A stretch of DNA of 63,218 nucleotides, counting the filler, from Octopus bimaculoides (taxonomy: Eukaryota): the NCBI RefSeq assembly GCF_001194135.2. It is 4 parts of 4 records of this genome, joined end to end, with 100 filler letters (N's around TTAATTAATTAA, not from the genome) between each part and the next. Parts side by side here need not be neighbours in the genome. Positions count along the whole stretch, not along the records: positions 61,557 to 63,218 come from NW_026377823.1; 3 more parts are not named here. One strand, 5' to 3'. The stretch's first letter is position 1. Every line of letters starts with the position of its first letter. Positions 61,557-63,218 of the stretch are shown here, piece after piece. The notes below the pieces were generated by a model. That model was given only the letters and a program-made list of their open reading frames with translations, did no database searches and had not been told where the DNA came from. The translations under genes were made by a program, and so were the position numbers.

Positions 61557-62331
61557 ATGTAGGCGAAACAGCAAGGAGCATAGGGGAGCGGGCAAATGAA
61601 CATTGGGGGGAACTTAAGGAAGAGAAGAGCTCATCTGTTCTGTACCAGCATACTGAGCAAGAACATGGAGGCTCAATCAATAACATAGAGATTAAAATCT
61701 TATCCACACATAGCAGAGACGCAGCACTTAGACAAATTACAGAAGCTACACACATAATAGAAGATAAACCTAGCCTGAATAGGAAACTNNNNNNNNNNTT
61801 ATCCACACATAGCAGATACGCAGCACTTAGACAAATTACTGAAGCTACACACATAATAGAAGAGAAACCTAGCCTGAATAGGAAACTAGAATGGAACACA
61901 AACACCCCCCCCTAACAAACCACAAACCACAACATGTGACAATACGTTCCCCATAAACCAATAACAATATGAACAAAATATAATACAATACATAGATAAA
62001 CAAATGGAATTAAACACTACATACATTAATAAAATTTAATTAAATACAAAAAAAAAAAGTAAATATAAACACACATGAACAAATAAATAAATAAAAACAA
62101 AAACAAACGAACATGTATTAACAGAGGATATAGATAATACAAGCACTCCCCATACACACACATGAACTTACAAAAACATAGACACATTGAAGGATATGCA
62201 TGCATAGACACATACAATAGGAATACAAAATACAAAATGGCTGATAGTTAGCAAGGTGAGACACACATAAGAAAGAAGAAAGCAAAGGACCACTGATGAG
62301 GTCACAGAAGTGTGACGAAAGAACTCTGGCC
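61557..62331 (+). mobile_element. 3' end of a Penelope-like element (GIY-YIG C-terminus + 3' region with hammerhead)
   Basis: From 61559 reads VGETARSIGERANEHWGELKEEKSSSVLYQHTEQEHGG...ILSTHSRDAALRQITEATHIIEDKPSLNRKLEW, stop at 61913-61915. A ~95-bp segment is duplicated across the small gap at 61789-61798. Confidence 0.85.
62287..62331 (+). ncRNA. Minimal type I hammerhead ribozyme, apparently intact
   Basis: GGACCA-CTGATGA-G-GTCACA(GAAG)TGTGAC-GAAA-G(AA)C-TC^TGGCC: all core residues, 6-bp stem II, minimal stem III, stem I CCA/TGG. Lies ~370 nt 3' of a PLE GIY-YIG ORF end. Confidence 0.75.
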
Positions 62332-62428
62332 AAAATAAGATTAATGTAATATAAACCTGAAGCAAATTAACAGTGCGTGTGTTTTTATTGGCTAAACTGG
62401 CAATATGACCATCCCCAAGTACAACAAC

Positions 62429-62460
<32 letters not shown>

Positions 62461-62502
62461 GTACATATATATAGTTATATATATATATATATATATATAT
62501 GT

Positions 62503-62712
62503 TACTCTTTACTCTTTTACTTGTTTCAGTCATTTGACTCTGGCCATGCTGGAGCACCGCCTTTAGTCAAGCAAATCGACCCCAGGACTTATTCTTTGTA
62601 AGCCTAGTACTTATTCTATCAGTCGCTTTTGCTGAACTGCTAAGTTACGGGGACTAAAACTACTAGCATTGGTTGTCAACCGATGTTGGGGTGGGGGGGA
62701 CAAACACAGACA
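62503..62712 (-). mobile_element. SINE family A, 3' half
   Basis: Reverse complement of the 11950-12180 segment. Confidence 0.75.
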
Positions 62713-63218
62713 CACACACATATATCATCATCATCATCATTTAACGTCCGCTTTCCATGCTAGCATGGGTTGGACGATTTGATTGAGGACTGGCAAGTCA
62801 GAAGGCTGTACCAGGCTCCAATCTGATCTGGCAGAGTTTCTACGGCTGGATGCCCTTCCTAACGCCAACCACTCCGAGAGTGTAGTGGGTGCCTTTTACG
62901 TGCCACCGGCATGAGGGCCAGTCACAGTACTGGCAACGGCCATGCTCAAAAAGGTGTATTTTACGTGCCACCTGCATGGGAGCCAGTCCAGCGGCATTGG
63001 CAATGACCTCACTCAAATGATTTTCTAATGTACCACCAGCACAAGTGCTAGAAGGCAACGCTGGTAACGATTATGCTCAAATGATGCTATTTACAGGCCA
63101 CTAGCACGGAAGCCAGTGAACATACTCGGACAGTGTTGTTAGTGCTCCAGTGCTGTATATATACATACATACGACCGGCTTCTTTCAGTTTCCATCTACC
63201 AAATCCATTCACAAGGCT

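Overview
AT-rich, gapped eukaryotic draft-genome sequence, very probably an octopus (inferred from the tRNA-derived SINE families and dense AT/AC/AG/AAT microsatellites). Three identical pads (44 N + TTAATTAATTAA + 44 N) show the window is four joined pieces: 1-26125, 26226-52154, 52255-61456 and 61557-63218. Adjacency across these pads is unverified. The one well-supported gene is a plus-strand TIFA-like FHA-domain gene: large exon ~2638-4295, probable upstream exon 2452-2561, probable last exon 17300-~17565. It has an unusual acidic N-terminal extension with a 36-bp/12-aa tandem repeat in front of a TIFA-type T-x-x-T-x-T-x-L motif and FHA domain. The rest is mostly transposon debris: several SINE families, Penelope-like retroelements (RT and GIY-YIG remnants, several hammerhead-ribozyme motifs, one apparently intact), RTE and R4/Dong LINE fragments, two kinds of mariner-type transposase relics, Helitron pieces, a hAT MITE, and a triplicated, inverted tRNA-like unit. 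A few low-confidence exon candidates of unknown genes lie between 29.7 and 56.2 kb. Most long ORFs in the supplied track are artefacts of N-gaps or microsatellites. Comparisons to reference proteins were made from memory, not by database search.
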